Below are positions 40,187 through 51,042 of a stretch of DNA of 64,000 nt, piece by piece. The DNA is from an uncultured Actinomycetes bacterium. Lineage in GTDB: Bacteria; Actinomycetota; UBA4738; JBBDTT01. Numbering within the stretch: position 1 is the stretch's first letter; the number at the start of each line of letters is the position of its first letter. The translations under genes were made by a program, and so were the position numbers. The notes under the pieces are model-generated. The model did no database searches. It worked only from the letters and a program-made list of their open reading frames with translations, and was not told the origin of the DNA. Location of the stretch: the NCBI GenBank assembly GCA_963742735.1, contig CAVUMN010000003.1, positions 768,001 through 832,000 of the forward strand. The letters are read 5' to 3'.

Positions 40187-41052
40187 GCCGGGCCGGCTTC
40201 GTGGTGCACCCGGGGCGCCCCAGGGCCCGGGAGGTCGCGGCGGGCCTCATCGAGTGGCTCCGCGGGCGGGGCGACACGTCCGTGTCACTGCCGGATGAGA
40301 GCATCGGCGCCGACGAGGTGGCCGAGCCCGCTCGCTTCGCCGACGGGCTCGACGTGGTCGTCTCGGTCGGCGGCGACGGGACCCTGCTCCGGGCCGCCGA
40401 CCTGGCCCGGCTGGCCGACGTCCCGGTCCTCGGGGTGAACGTCGGGCGGCTCGGGTTCCTGACCGCGGTCGAGCCGGAGGAGGCCGAGGCCCTGCTCGAG
40501 CGGGCCCTGGCGGGCTCGGCGCCGGTCGAGGAGCGGATGGCGATCGAGGCCCACCCCGAGGACGCGCCGTGGGAGGGGACGCAGTGGGCGCTGAACGAGG
40601 TCATGGTCGAGAAGCACGCCCGTCACCGGCTCATCTCGATGGCGCTGTACGTGGACGATGAGTACGTGACCAGCCTCTCCGCCGACGGCGTGATCGTGGC
40701 CACGCCCACGGGCTCGACGGCGTACTCCTTCTCGGCACGGGGCCCGATCGTGACCCCGAAGCTGTCGTGCCTGCTGCTGACCCCCGTCTCGCCCCACATG
40801 GTGTTCGACCGGCCGATCGTTCTGGACCCGCGCGAGGAGGTGGTGGTCGAGGTCCGCGGGGAGGAGCCCGGGTACGCGTCTGCCGACGGCCGTCCCGGGC
40901 TGGAGCTTCCCGTGGGGGCGCGGCTGCGGATCCGCCGCGCCGAGCGCCCGGCCCGGCTGGTGCGCTCCCCGGACGCGACGAGCTTCTACTCCCTGGTGCG
41001 GGAGAAGTTCGACCTGCCCGTCGACGTCCGGGTCGAGCCGCCGGAGGACTAG
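40183..41052 (+). CDS. ppnK: NAD kinase
   Basis: GGDGT, GVNVGRLGFL, LNE, ATPTGSTAYS. Confidence 0.96.
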   Translation: MSRAGFVVHPGRPRAREVAAGLIEWLRGRGDTSVSLPDESIGADEVAEPARFADGLDVVVSVGGDGTLLRAADLARLADVPVLGVNVGRLGFLTAVEPEEAEALLERALAGSAPVEERMAIEAHPEDAPWEGTQWALNEVMVEKHARHRLISMALYVDDEYVTSLSADGVIVATPTGSTAYSFSARGPIVTPKLSCLLLTPVSPHMVFDRPIVLDPREEVVVEVRGEEPGYASADGRPGLELPVGARLRIRRAERPARLVRSPDATSFYSLVREKFDLPVDVRVEPPED

Positions 41053-41056
41053 GCGC

Positions 41057-42706
41057 GTGCTGCTCGAGCTGCACATCGCCGGCCTGGGCGTGATCGACGA
41101 CGTGACGATCGAGCTCGCCCCCGGGTTGAACGTGCTGACCGGCGAGACGGGGGCCGGCAAAACCATGGTCACGGTCGCTCTGGGGCTCGCGCTGGGGGAG
41201 CGGGCGTCGGCGGCGCTGGTCCGGACTGGAGCGGGCGCGGCGCGCGTGGAGGCCCGGTTCGCGGCGCCGGAGGGCGTGGCCGAGCTCGCCGAGTGGGGCG
41301 AGGACGGCGAGCTGATCCTGTCCCGGCAGGTCGCGGCCGAGGGGCGGGGGACCGCGCGGATCGGCGGCCAGATCGTCCCCGTGTCCACCCTCGCCTCGCT
41401 GGGCCCGAGGCTGGTCGAGGTCCACGGCCAGCACGACCAGCAGCGGCTGCTGGCGCCGGGCGCACAGCTGGCGTTCCTGGACCGGTTCGCCGGCGCGGAC
41501 CACCTCCGGGTCCTCGTCCAGTACCGCAAGACGTTCTCCCGCCTTCAGGAGGTCCGCGGACGGCTCGAGGAGTTGGAGCGCGCCGAGCGCGACCGGGCCC
41601 GCGACGCCGATCTCCTGGCCTACCAGGTCGGTGAGATCGAGGCCGCCGACCTGGTTCCCGGCGAGGCCGCCTCACTGGCGGAGGAGGCCCGCCGGCTGGA
41701 ACACGCCGAGTCGATCTCGGTGCTCGCCGCCGAGGCCGAGTCCGCGCTGACGGGGGAGGGCGCGGGGTCCGATGCCCTGGCCGCCGCCGCGGCGGCGCTG
41801 GAGCGGGCGTCGAGCCACGACCCGGCGGCCGGGGTGCTCGCGGCGCGACTGCGCTCGCTGGCCGCGGAGGCCGCCGACGCCGCCGGGGAGGTTCGCCGGT
41901 ACCGGGAGTCCTCCGAGGCCGACCCCGCGCGGCTGGCCGGGATCCAGGATCGGATCGCGGCGATCCGCGGCCTGGAGCGGAAGTACGGCGAGGGCGAGAT
42001 CGAGGTCCTGCACTACCTGGCCGAGGCGCGGGAGCGCCTCGCTTCGCTGGAGGGGGGCGAGGCCGAACGGGCTCGGCTGGCTGAGGAGGCCGAGCGCCTG
42101 GGGGCCGAGGCCGCCTCCCGGGCGGTGACCATCCGCAACGAGCGGGCGGCCGCCGGCTCGACCCTGGCCGGGGCGATCGAGGTGGAGCTGTGGGATCTGG
42201 GGATGGAGGGCGCCTCGGTCGGCGTCGAGCTCTCCGAGACCGCGCTCGGCCCCGACGGCGGCGAGCGGGCCGAGCTGCTGCTGGCGGCCGGGCCCGGCCA
42301 GCAGCGCCTCCCCCTGCGCTCGGCGGCTTCCGGAGGCGAGCTCTCACGAACCATGCTGGCCTGCCGGAGCGTCCTGGCGGACCTGGACGACGTGCCGACG
42401 CTCGTCTTCGACGAGGTCGACGCGGGGATCGGCGGAAGAGCCGGCGTGGCCGTCGGGCGGCGCCTGGCGCGCATCGCCCGTGGGCGGCAGGTCCTGGTCG
42501 TGACCCATCTGCCGCAGATCGCCTGCTTTGCGGACCGTCACATCCGGGTCGAAAAGGACGAAGGAACCGCTAGGATCGAGGGCCTCGACGACTCGGCCCG
42601 CGTCGACGAGCTCTCTCGCATGCTGGCCGGGCTTCCATCTTCCGAGGCGGCCTCCACGCACGCGGAGGAGCTGTTGGCCCAGGCAGCGAAAGAGAAGGGG
42701 ACATGA
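41057..42706 (+). CDS. recN: DNA repair protein RecN
   Basis: TGETGAGKT, HGQ, ASGGELSR, FDEVDAG, VTHLPQ. Confidence 0.97.
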   Translation: MLLELHIAGLGVIDDVTIELAPGLNVLTGETGAGKTMVTVALGLALGERASAALVRTGAGAARVEARFAAPEGVAELAEWGEDGELILSRQVAAEGRGTARIGGQIVPVSTLASLGPRLVEVHGQHDQQRLLAPGAQLAFLDRFAGADHLRVLVQYRKTFSRLQEVRGRLEELERAERDRARDADLLAYQVGEIEAADLVPGEAASLAEEARRLEHAESISVLAAEAESALTGEGAGSDALAAAAAALERASSHDPAAGVLAARLRSLAAEAADAAGEVRRYRESSEADPARLAGIQDRIAAIRGLERKYGEGEIEVLHYLAEARERLASLEGGEAERARLAEEAERLGAEAASRAVTIRNERAAAGSTLAGAIEVELWDLGMEGASVGVELSETALGPDGGERAELLLAAGPGQQRLPLRSAASGGELSRTMLACRSVLADLDDVPTLVFDEVDAGIGGRAGVAVGRRLARIARGRQVLVVTHLPQIACFADRHIRVEKDEGTARIEGLDDSARVDELSRMLAGLPSSEAASTHAEELLAQAAKEKGT

Positions 42707-43404
42707 CACAGCGCCGCGCTCCCATGGTCGTGATGTGGCTGGCCATCGCCGTCGCCGCCGCGGTGCTCGTCTCCACCGGCCTGCCCACCGGACGGGGCAA
42801 CGCCGAGGCCGCCGGCTTCGGTGGCGTGCGCCCGGTTGGGCCGCCCCCCATCGTCGACAAGGCCTTCCCGGCGTTCGCCCAGGCCGAGGGGATCACGCTG
42901 CACCTGCCCCAGGAGAAGCCGGTGGGCGTGCTCTTCCACGAGGCGGCGCACCGCGAGGCGCTGGCCATGGCGCCGTACGGCGAGTGCAAGCGCAACGCGA
43001 ACAAGACCCGCTTCCTCCCGCCCGACCCCGCCGCGCCGGGCCGGCCGTACATGGTGATGAGCAGCCGGGGACGCGGGACGCCCGCCACCTCCGCCGTGGA
43101 CATCCAGGCCCCGGCCGGGAGCACGCTGTTCTCCCCGGTCACCGGCCGGGTCGTCGCGGTGAAGGCGTACTGGCTCTACAACAGCTACCCGGACATCCGG
43201 ATCGAGATCGAGCCCGACGGCGCCCCCGGGCTGCGCGTGGTGATGATCCACCTGGAGCGCGTGGTGAACGTCGCGGTCGGCCAGCGCGTGGTCGCGTCGG
43301 TGACCCCGATCGGACGGCCCCGGGTCCTGCCGTTCTACTCGCAGACCGACACGTACACCGGCATGCACGACCCGCACGTGCACCTCGAGATCAAGCGGGT
43401 GTAG
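42703..43404 (+). CDS. Secreted M23-fold protein, probably degenerate
   Basis: Signal peptide; AVDIQAPAG...SPVTG, IHL, PHVHLE; first Zn-ligand His absent. Confidence 0.8.
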   Translation: MTQRRAPMVVMWLAIAVAAAVLVSTGLPTGRGNAEAAGFGGVRPVGPPPIVDKAFPAFAQAEGITLHLPQEKPVGVLFHEAAHREALAMAPYGECKRNANKTRFLPPDPAAPGRPYMVMSSRGRGTPATSAVDIQAPAGSTLFSPVTGRVVAVKAYWLYNSYPDIRIEIEPDGAPGLRVVMIHLERVVNVAVGQRVVASVTPIGRPRVLPFYSQTDTYTGMHDPHVHLEIKRV

Positions 43405-44568
43405 TTGCCGAGGCTCCGCCTCCGCCGCGCCCGACCCACCCAGTTCGCGGCGCGCGTGGATCGCCGGACCAAGAACCTGTTCGGACGCCTGCATCCGGGC
43501 GAGGTCGCGGTGATCGACCACGAGGACCTGGACCGCGTCGCCGCCGAGGGCCTGGTCGAGCGGGGGGCCGGCGCCGTCGTCAACGCGTCGCGGTCGATCA
43601 GCGGCCGGTACCCGAACCTGGGGCCGCTGGTCCTGGTCGAGGCGGGCATCCCGCTCATCGACGGGGTCGGCACGCTGGTCATGGAGAAGGTGGCGGAGGG
43701 CGCGCCCCTGCGCATCGAGGAGGACCGGGTCTACTCGGGCGACCGGCTGGTGGGGGTCGGCCACCGGCAGACCACGTCCACGGTTCGCCGGGCCATGGAC
43801 GAGGCACGGGCCGGGCTGGCGGAGCAGTTCGAGCGGTTCGCCGAGAACACCATGGACTACATGCAGCGCGAGCGGGACCTGCTGTTCGGCGGCGTGGGGC
43901 TGCCGGACCTTCGCCTGAGCCTCGACGGGCGGCACGTGCTGGTCGTGGTCCGGGGCTACAACTACCGGCAGGACCTCGGCGCGCTCCGCGCGTACATCCG
44001 CGACGTCCGCCCGGTGCTGGTCGGCGTGGACGGCGGGGCCGACGCCCTGCTCGAGGAGGGGTACAAGCCGCACATCATCCTCGGCGACATGGACAGCGTC
44101 AGCGAGCGGGCCCTGCGCTGCGGCGCGGAGATCGTCCTGCACGCCTACCCGGGAGGGTTCGCCCCCGGGCAGGAGCGGCTGCTCGGCCTGGGGATCCCGC
44201 ACGTCGTGGCCGAGGCCACCGGGACCAGCGAGGACGTCGCCTTCCTGCTCGCGCACGAGAAGGGCGCCGAGCTCATCGTGGCGGTGGGCACCCACGGGAA
44301 CCTTCGCGAGTTCCTGGACAAGGGGCGCGAGGGGATGGCGTCCACCTTCCTGGTCCGCCTGCGGGTGGGGGAGATCCTCGTCGACGCGAAGGGTGTGAGC
44401 CGGATGTACCGGGAGCGGATCCGCGGCCGGGACCTGGTGCTGCTGGTCGGCTCGGCCGTGGTGGCCATGGTCGTGGTGGCCATCGCCTCCGAGCCGTTCC
44501 GCCTCTTCCTGCGGCAGCTGCTGGTGCAGCTCCGCAACCTCCTGTTCGAGCTCAAACAGCTGTTCTGA
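43405..44568 (+). CDS. steA: Cytokinetic ring protein SteA
   Basis: DHEDLD, SISGRYPNLGP, GVDGGADAL, GDMDS, FLDKGR, C-terminal TM. Confidence 0.9.
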   Translation: MPRLRLRRARPTQFAARVDRRTKNLFGRLHPGEVAVIDHEDLDRVAAEGLVERGAGAVVNASRSISGRYPNLGPLVLVEAGIPLIDGVGTLVMEKVAEGAPLRIEEDRVYSGDRLVGVGHRQTTSTVRRAMDEARAGLAEQFERFAENTMDYMQRERDLLFGGVGLPDLRLSLDGRHVLVVVRGYNYRQDLGALRAYIRDVRPVLVGVDGGADALLEEGYKPHIILGDMDSVSERALRCGAEIVLHAYPGGFAPGQERLLGLGIPHVVAEATGTSEDVAFLLAHEKGAELIVAVGTHGNLREFLDKGREGMASTFLVRLRVGEILVDAKGVSRMYRERIRGRDLVLLVGSAVVAMVVVAIASEPFRLFLRQLLVQLRNLLFELKQLF

Positions 44569-44622
44569 GCGCCGGCTCGGTTCGCCCGACGTGACTAGGT
44601 TTCGAATGATCCGGGCGGGCCA

Positions 44623-44649
44623 TCAAGCTTTCGCCGCGCCAACCGATAC
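44623..44649 (+). promoter_or_regulatory. Putative sigma28 (WhiG/FliA-type) promoter
   Basis: TCAAG-N14-ACCGATAC ending 8 nt before ATG 44658. Confidence 0.6.
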
Positions 44650-44657
44650 AAGGGGCC

Positions 44658-45311
44658 ATGAGCGCCGCGATCAAGGTCATGCTGGTGGACGACCAACCGG
44701 CCGTGCGCTGGCTCCTCCGCAGCACCCTCGAGCCCGACGATCGGTTCGAGATCGTGGGCGAGGCGGGCGACGGCAACGAAGCCGTCTCGGTGGCCGAGGC
44801 CAACCACCCGGACTTGGCCGTGCTGGATCTGGCCATGCCGAACGGCGACGGCCTCAAGGCGATCAGCGAGATCCGCCGCACCTCTCCCGAGACGAGGATC
44901 GTCGTGCTCTCCGGGCACGCCGAATCGATGGGCGGCCTGGCCCGGGCGCACGGCGCGGCGGGCTGCGTGCAGAAGGGCCGTGAGCCCGAGGTCCTGTTCC
45001 GCGAGATCGCCAGGCTGTTCCCCGAGGTGTTCGGGGCCACGCCGGCGGACGCCCCGGACGCCGAGGTCGGCCCAAGCCCCGCACCGAACCTCTCGACCCT
45101 GCTGCACGACCTGCAGGGCGAGCTCACCATCGTCTACGGGTTCGCCGCCACCCTTCGCGACGCGAGGGAGCAGATGGACGCCGAGGCGGTCCTGGCCTGC
45201 GCCGAGCCGATCGAGCGGAGCGCGCGCGAGCTCTCCCGGCTGATCGGCGGCCTCCCCGAGGCGATCGCGGGATCGCTCGGACGTACGGCGACCGAGGTCA
45301 GCCCGTACTGA
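44658..45311 (+). CDS. Receiver domain fused to a stand-alone HisKA (DHp) domain
   Basis: VDDQ, LDLAMP, LSG, QKG; LLHDLQGELTIVYGF; no HATPase domain. Confidence 0.85.
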   Translation: MSAAIKVMLVDDQPAVRWLLRSTLEPDDRFEIVGEAGDGNEAVSVAEANHPDLAVLDLAMPNGDGLKAISEIRRTSPETRIVVLSGHAESMGGLARAHGAAGCVQKGREPEVLFREIARLFPEVFGATPADAPDAEVGPSPAPNLSTLLHDLQGELTIVYGFAATLRDAREQMDAEAVLACAEPIERSARELSRLIGGLPEAIAGSLGRTATEVSPY

Positions 45312-45340
45312 CCATGTGCAGAAATGGGGCCCACCGATCC

Positions 45341-45368
45341 TCAGCTTTCCGCGCTCGGCCGCCGATAG
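45341..45368 (+). promoter_or_regulatory. Putative sigma28 (WhiG/FliA-type) promoter
   Basis: TCAG-N16-GCCGATAG ending 13 nt before ATG 45382. Confidence 0.65.
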
Positions 45369-45381
45369 CTTCAGAGAGCAC

Positions 45382-46398
45382 ATGAGCAGCGAAACCGTCG
45401 AGGAGATCGCGGCGCCGCCGGTCGCCGGCTCGCCCCGGGCCGGGCAGCGGCTGCGTACGACGCCGCCGCCGGTCGGGCGGGTCCTGGTGGTCGACGACGA
45501 CCCCGACATCGCGTGGCTGATCGAGCATTCCCTGCGCTTCCAGGGACTGGACGTGCATCTGGCCGTCGACGGCCCGTCGGCCCTGGAGGCGGCCACCCGC
45601 CTGCAGCCCGACCTGATCCTGCTCGACGTGATGCTGCCCGGCATGGACGGAAACGCCGTCTGCGAGCGGCTGCGGGAGGACCCCCGCACCGCGAACGCGT
45701 TCATCATCATGCTCACCGCGCGGGTCCGGCTCGAGGACCGGATGACGGGGCTGGCCTCGGGCGCCGACGAGTACCTGCCGAAGCCGTTCCACCCCGAGGA
45801 ACTGCTGGCCCGGGTCGCCGTTGCCCTCCGCCGGCTTCGGGAGATGAAGGCCCTCTCGCCGCTCACCGGACTCCCGGGGAACATCCACATCCAGCAGCGC
45901 ATCGAACACCTGGTTGCCGATACTCGGCCGTTCGCCCTCCTCTATGCGGACCTGGATCACTTCAAGGCCTACAACGACCGCTACGGGTTCGTCCGGGGCG
46001 ACCGGGCCCTCCAGGCCCTGGCGGAGACCATCTGCCGGGTGGCCGCCGAGACGTCGGGTCCCGAGACGTTCGTGGGTCACGTCGGTGGGGACGACTTCGT
46101 GTTGCTGGTGGACCCGGGGCTGGCCGAGGCCGTCGCCTCGCGGCTGGTGGCGCGGTTCGACGAGGTGGTTCCCTCCCTGTACGACCCGCAGGATCTGCGG
46201 GCCGGCTCGATCGAGGTCGCCGACCGGCAGGGGACCCCCCACCGCTACCCGCTGCTGACCGTGTCGATCGGCGTGACGTCGACGGAGCGGCGCACCTTCG
46301 GTCACTTCGGCGAGGTCGTGACCGTGGCGAACGAGCTCAAGCAGTTCGCGAAGCGCGAGCCGGGCTCGTCCTACGCGTTCGACCGCCGCTCGGGCTGA
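45382..46398 (+). CDS. REC-GGDEF diguanylate cyclase
   Basis: VDDD, LDVMLP, KPF; LTGLPGN, DLDHFKAYNDRYG, GGDDF. Confidence 0.92.
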   Translation: MSSETVEEIAAPPVAGSPRAGQRLRTTPPPVGRVLVVDDDPDIAWLIEHSLRFQGLDVHLAVDGPSALEAATRLQPDLILLDVMLPGMDGNAVCERLREDPRTANAFIIMLTARVRLEDRMTGLASGADEYLPKPFHPEELLARVAVALRRLREMKALSPLTGLPGNIHIQQRIEHLVADTRPFALLYADLDHFKAYNDRYGFVRGDRALQALAETICRVAAETSGPETFVGHVGGDDFVLLVDPGLAEAVASRLVARFDEVVPSLYDPQDLRAGSIEVADRQGTPHRYPLLTVSIGVTSTERRTFGHFGEVVTVANELKQFAKREPGSSYAFDRRSG

Positions 46399-46435
46399 CC
46401 GACCTCTGTCGGCGGTTCGCATAGCATCCTCGGGA

Positions 46436-47356
46436 ATGATCTCGTTCCGCTATCACCTGATCACGATCGTGGCGATCTTCCTGTCGATCTCGCTGGGGAT
46501 CGTGATGGGGACGACGTTCGTCCAGGACCCGCTGCTCGACCAGCTTCGGGACCGGACCAACCGGCTCGACAAGGACAACCAGGAGCTCCAGGACCTCCTC
46601 GAGGTGCAGGGCCGACAGCTCGCGGCGACGGAGGCGTTCGCCCAGGCGGTCTTCCCCCGGCTGGCGACGTCTCGTCTCGAGCAGGTCCCGGTGGTGATCC
46701 TCACCCAGGCGCGGACGGCGGACGACGACCTGGAGGCCACCCGGGCCGCCCTCGAGCAGGCCGGCGCGGTCCTGCAGGCGGAGCTGGTCGTGCAGCCCCG
46801 CATCCAGGCGAAGTCGGAGGGCGCGCGGGTCGAGCTCGCCGGCGTCCTCGGGATGAGCCCCGACACCGGCGCCCGGGTGCTCACCGAGGCGGCGACCGAC
46901 CGGCTGGGCCGGCGCCTGGCCACCGGCCCCGACGGCGCCACCCCCCAGACCGACGTCCTGGCCGCCCTGCTGAGCGACGGCTTCGTCACCTCGCCGCGCG
47001 AGCCCGACGTCCAGCGGGTGGGCGGCGTCGGCACGGTGGTCGTGGTGGTTGCGGGAGGCCGGGGCGCGCCGGCGATGGAGATCGAGGACGTCCTGCTTCC
47101 GATCATGCGGTCCTACGTCCGCGACGGGATCGGCGCGGCCGCGCAGGCCACCGACTCCGAGTACCCCTTCGTGCAGCTGGTTCGGTCCGACGACGTCCTC
47201 TCGGACGCGGTGACGACCGTCGACGACGTGGACCTGGTGGCCGGCCAGCTCGCGCTGGTGCTGGCGGTGGAGGACCTCATCGAGGGCGACGGCGTGGGCC
47301 ACTACGGGACCGAGGGCGCCGCGCTGCCACCGCTGGAGCCGACCCCGCAGGCATGA
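46436..47356 (+). CDS. steB: SteB/MctB family protein
   Basis: MISFRYHLITIVAIFLSISLGIVMG, coiled coil, TTVDDVD...G...GHYG. Confidence 0.88.
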   Translation: MISFRYHLITIVAIFLSISLGIVMGTTFVQDPLLDQLRDRTNRLDKDNQELQDLLEVQGRQLAATEAFAQAVFPRLATSRLEQVPVVILTQARTADDDLEATRAALEQAGAVLQAELVVQPRIQAKSEGARVELAGVLGMSPDTGARVLTEAATDRLGRRLATGPDGATPQTDVLAALLSDGFVTSPREPDVQRVGGVGTVVVVVAGGRGAPAMEIEDVLLPIMRSYVRDGIGAAAQATDSEYPFVQLVRSDDVLSDAVTTVDDVDLVAGQLALVLAVEDLIEGDGVGHYGTEGAALPPLEPTPQA

Positions 47357-48033
47357 GCGAGCTCGGGGTCGTCGCGCTGATCGCCGCCCGCAACGAGGCG
47401 GACCGGATCGGCGACACCGTCCGGGCCGTCGCGACGATCCCGCAGGTCGAGCGGATCTACGTGGTCGAGAACGGCTCGACCGACCGCACGGTCGACGAGG
47501 CGCGCGCCGCCGGCGCGTGGGTGCTGACCGCGCCGGGCGGCATGGGCAAGGGCGACGCACTCGAGGGAGCCATGCACCGCGTCCGCGGCCGGGTGTACCT
47601 GCTGCTCGACGGCGACCTGGGCTCCTCGGCGAAGGAGGCCGCCCTGCTCCTCGAGCCGGTGCTGGGGGGCCGCGCCGACCTGACCGTCGGGACCTTTCCC
47701 CGCGACGCCCGCCACGGCGGGTTCGGGATCGTGAAGCGCGCCTCGCGGTGGCTGATCTCCGCGCTGACGAACGTCGAGCCGCAGGAGCCGATGAGCGGCC
47801 AGCGCGCGCTCACGGCGCGGGTGGCCGACTCCGTGCGTCCCCTGGCCGGTGGCTTCGGCGTCGAGGTGGCGATGACGATCGACGCGTTGCGCCTCGGGTT
47901 CCGGTTCCAGGAGGTCCCGGTGAACATGGAGCACCGGTACACCGGCCGCGACCTGTCCGGGTTCGCCCACCGCGGCCGGCAGGGCTGGGACATCCTGCGC
48001 GCCTGGGCGCCGCGGGCCCTGCGCATCCGTTGA
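47353..48033 (+). CDS. GT2 glycosyltransferase
   Basis: AARNEA, GSTDRT, GKGDAL, LDGDL, SGQR. Confidence 0.9.
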   Translation: MSELGVVALIAARNEADRIGDTVRAVATIPQVERIYVVENGSTDRTVDEARAAGAWVLTAPGGMGKGDALEGAMHRVRGRVYLLLDGDLGSSAKEAALLLEPVLGGRADLTVGTFPRDARHGGFGIVKRASRWLISALTNVEPQEPMSGQRALTARVADSVRPLAGGFGVEVAMTIDALRLGFRFQEVPVNMEHRYTGRDLSGFAHRGRQGWDILRAWAPRALRIR

Positions 48034-48782
48034 AGCTCCAGGCCCGGAACCACCGGGGCGTCGAGCTCCCGGTCGTCCTCGGCCTGGTGGTGGTCCTGAT
48101 CTCGCTGGTGCCGACGGTGATCGCCGGCGGCCGCGAGCAGACGTTCGGCGTGGCCATGGGGCTGGTGCTGGTGGCCCTGGGTGGCCTGCTCGACGACTGG
48201 TGGGGGAGCCACGTCCGGGGGATCCGCGGGCACCTGTCGGCCCTGGCCCGCGGCCGGATGACCACGGGCATCCTCAAGATCCTGGCCGGCTTCGTGGCGG
48301 CCGGGCTGGCCATCGCGGAGGTCGGCGGGTCGGTCGGGCGCATGATCGTCGGAGTCTTCGTGATCGCCGGGGCGACCAACCTGTGGAACGTCCTCGACGT
48401 CGCTCCCGGGCGCGCCCTCAAGGTGTTCGTCCCCGTCCAGGCCCTCCTGCTGTGGGGGCTGTGGGACACGGCCTTCGCCGTCCCGGCGGCCGCGTCCCTG
48501 GCCGCGGCGCTCGCCGTGCTGCCGTTCGACCTGCGGGAACGGGCGATGCTCGGCGACGCCGGCTCGAACCCGCTGGGGTTCCTGGTGGGGGTGGGCCTCT
48601 ACGCCCGGCTGTCGGCCCCGGCCCTGGGGATCGCGCTGGTGGTGATCCTGGGGCTGCAGTTCCTGGCCGAGACGATCACGCTGTCGAGGGTGATCGACTC
48701 GGCGCCGCCGCTGCGGTGGTACGACCGGCTCGGGAGGCTCCGCGATACGAAAAGTTCACGCGATTCGAGCCGGGATGGCTGA
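48030..48782 (+). CDS. MraY/WecA-like membrane phosphotransferase (GT4 family)
   Basis: GLLDD, NLWNVLDVAPGRALK, AMLGDAGSN; multiple TM helices. Confidence 0.82.
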   Translation: MKLQARNHRGVELPVVLGLVVVLISLVPTVIAGGREQTFGVAMGLVLVALGGLLDDWWGSHVRGIRGHLSALARGRMTTGILKILAGFVAAGLAIAEVGGSVGRMIVGVFVIAGATNLWNVLDVAPGRALKVFVPVQALLLWGLWDTAFAVPAAASLAAALAVLPFDLRERAMLGDAGSNPLGFLVGVGLYARLSAPALGIALVVILGLQFLAETITLSRVIDSAPPLRWYDRLGRLRDTKSSRDSSRDG

Positions 48783-48809
48783 CTGTGCTCGAACGCTCTG
48801 CTAGTGTGA

Positions 48810-50471
<1,662 letters not shown>

Positions 50472-50475
50472 GCGC

Positions 50476-51042
50476 GTGACCGCCCCCGGGGGCACGCCGT
50501 CGTCTTCGGAGCGTGTGTTCACCGGGCGCCTGTTCTCCGTCGACGTCGAGCAGTGGCACGACCCCGACCGCGGTCGCGAGATCGTCCGCCACCTGGGCGC
50601 GGTGGCCGTGCTGCCCGTCACCCGCGACAAGGGCGTCATCCTGGTCCGCCAGTACCGCGAGGCCATCCGCGACGAGCTCCTGGAGGTCCCGGCCGGCGTC
50701 CTCGACGTCCCCGGCGAGGAGCCCGAGAGCGCCGCGATCCGCGAGCTCGAGGAGGAGACCGGCCTGAAGGCCCGTGCCATCCGCCCGCTGTTCCCCATCC
50801 ACACCTCCCCGGGGTTCGTGGACGAGGCCATCCACCTGTTCGTCGCCGACGTCGAGGGCGACCCGAGGCCCCAGCAGGAGGAGGGGATCACCGAGATCGT
50901 CACGGTGCCCTTCGACGAGGCCGTCCGGATGGTCCGCGCGGGGGAGATCCAGGACGCGAAGACGGCGCTCGCCATCCTGTTGGCGGAGCCGCTGATCCGG
51001 GGCGAAGATGGACGGGCCCTCAGCGAGGAGGAGGCACCGTGA
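50476..51042 (+). CDS. NUDIX hydrolase (ADP-ribose pyrophosphatase-like)
   Basis: Nudix box PAG...AIRELEEETG; SPG; DAKT. Confidence 0.9.
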   Translation: MTAPGGTPSSSERVFTGRLFSVDVEQWHDPDRGREIVRHLGAVAVLPVTRDKGVILVRQYREAIRDELLEVPAGVLDVPGEEPESAAIRELEEETGLKARAIRPLFPIHTSPGFVDEAIHLFVADVEGDPRPQQEEGITEIVTVPFDEAVRMVRAGEIQDAKTALAILLAEPLIRGEDGRALSEEEAP

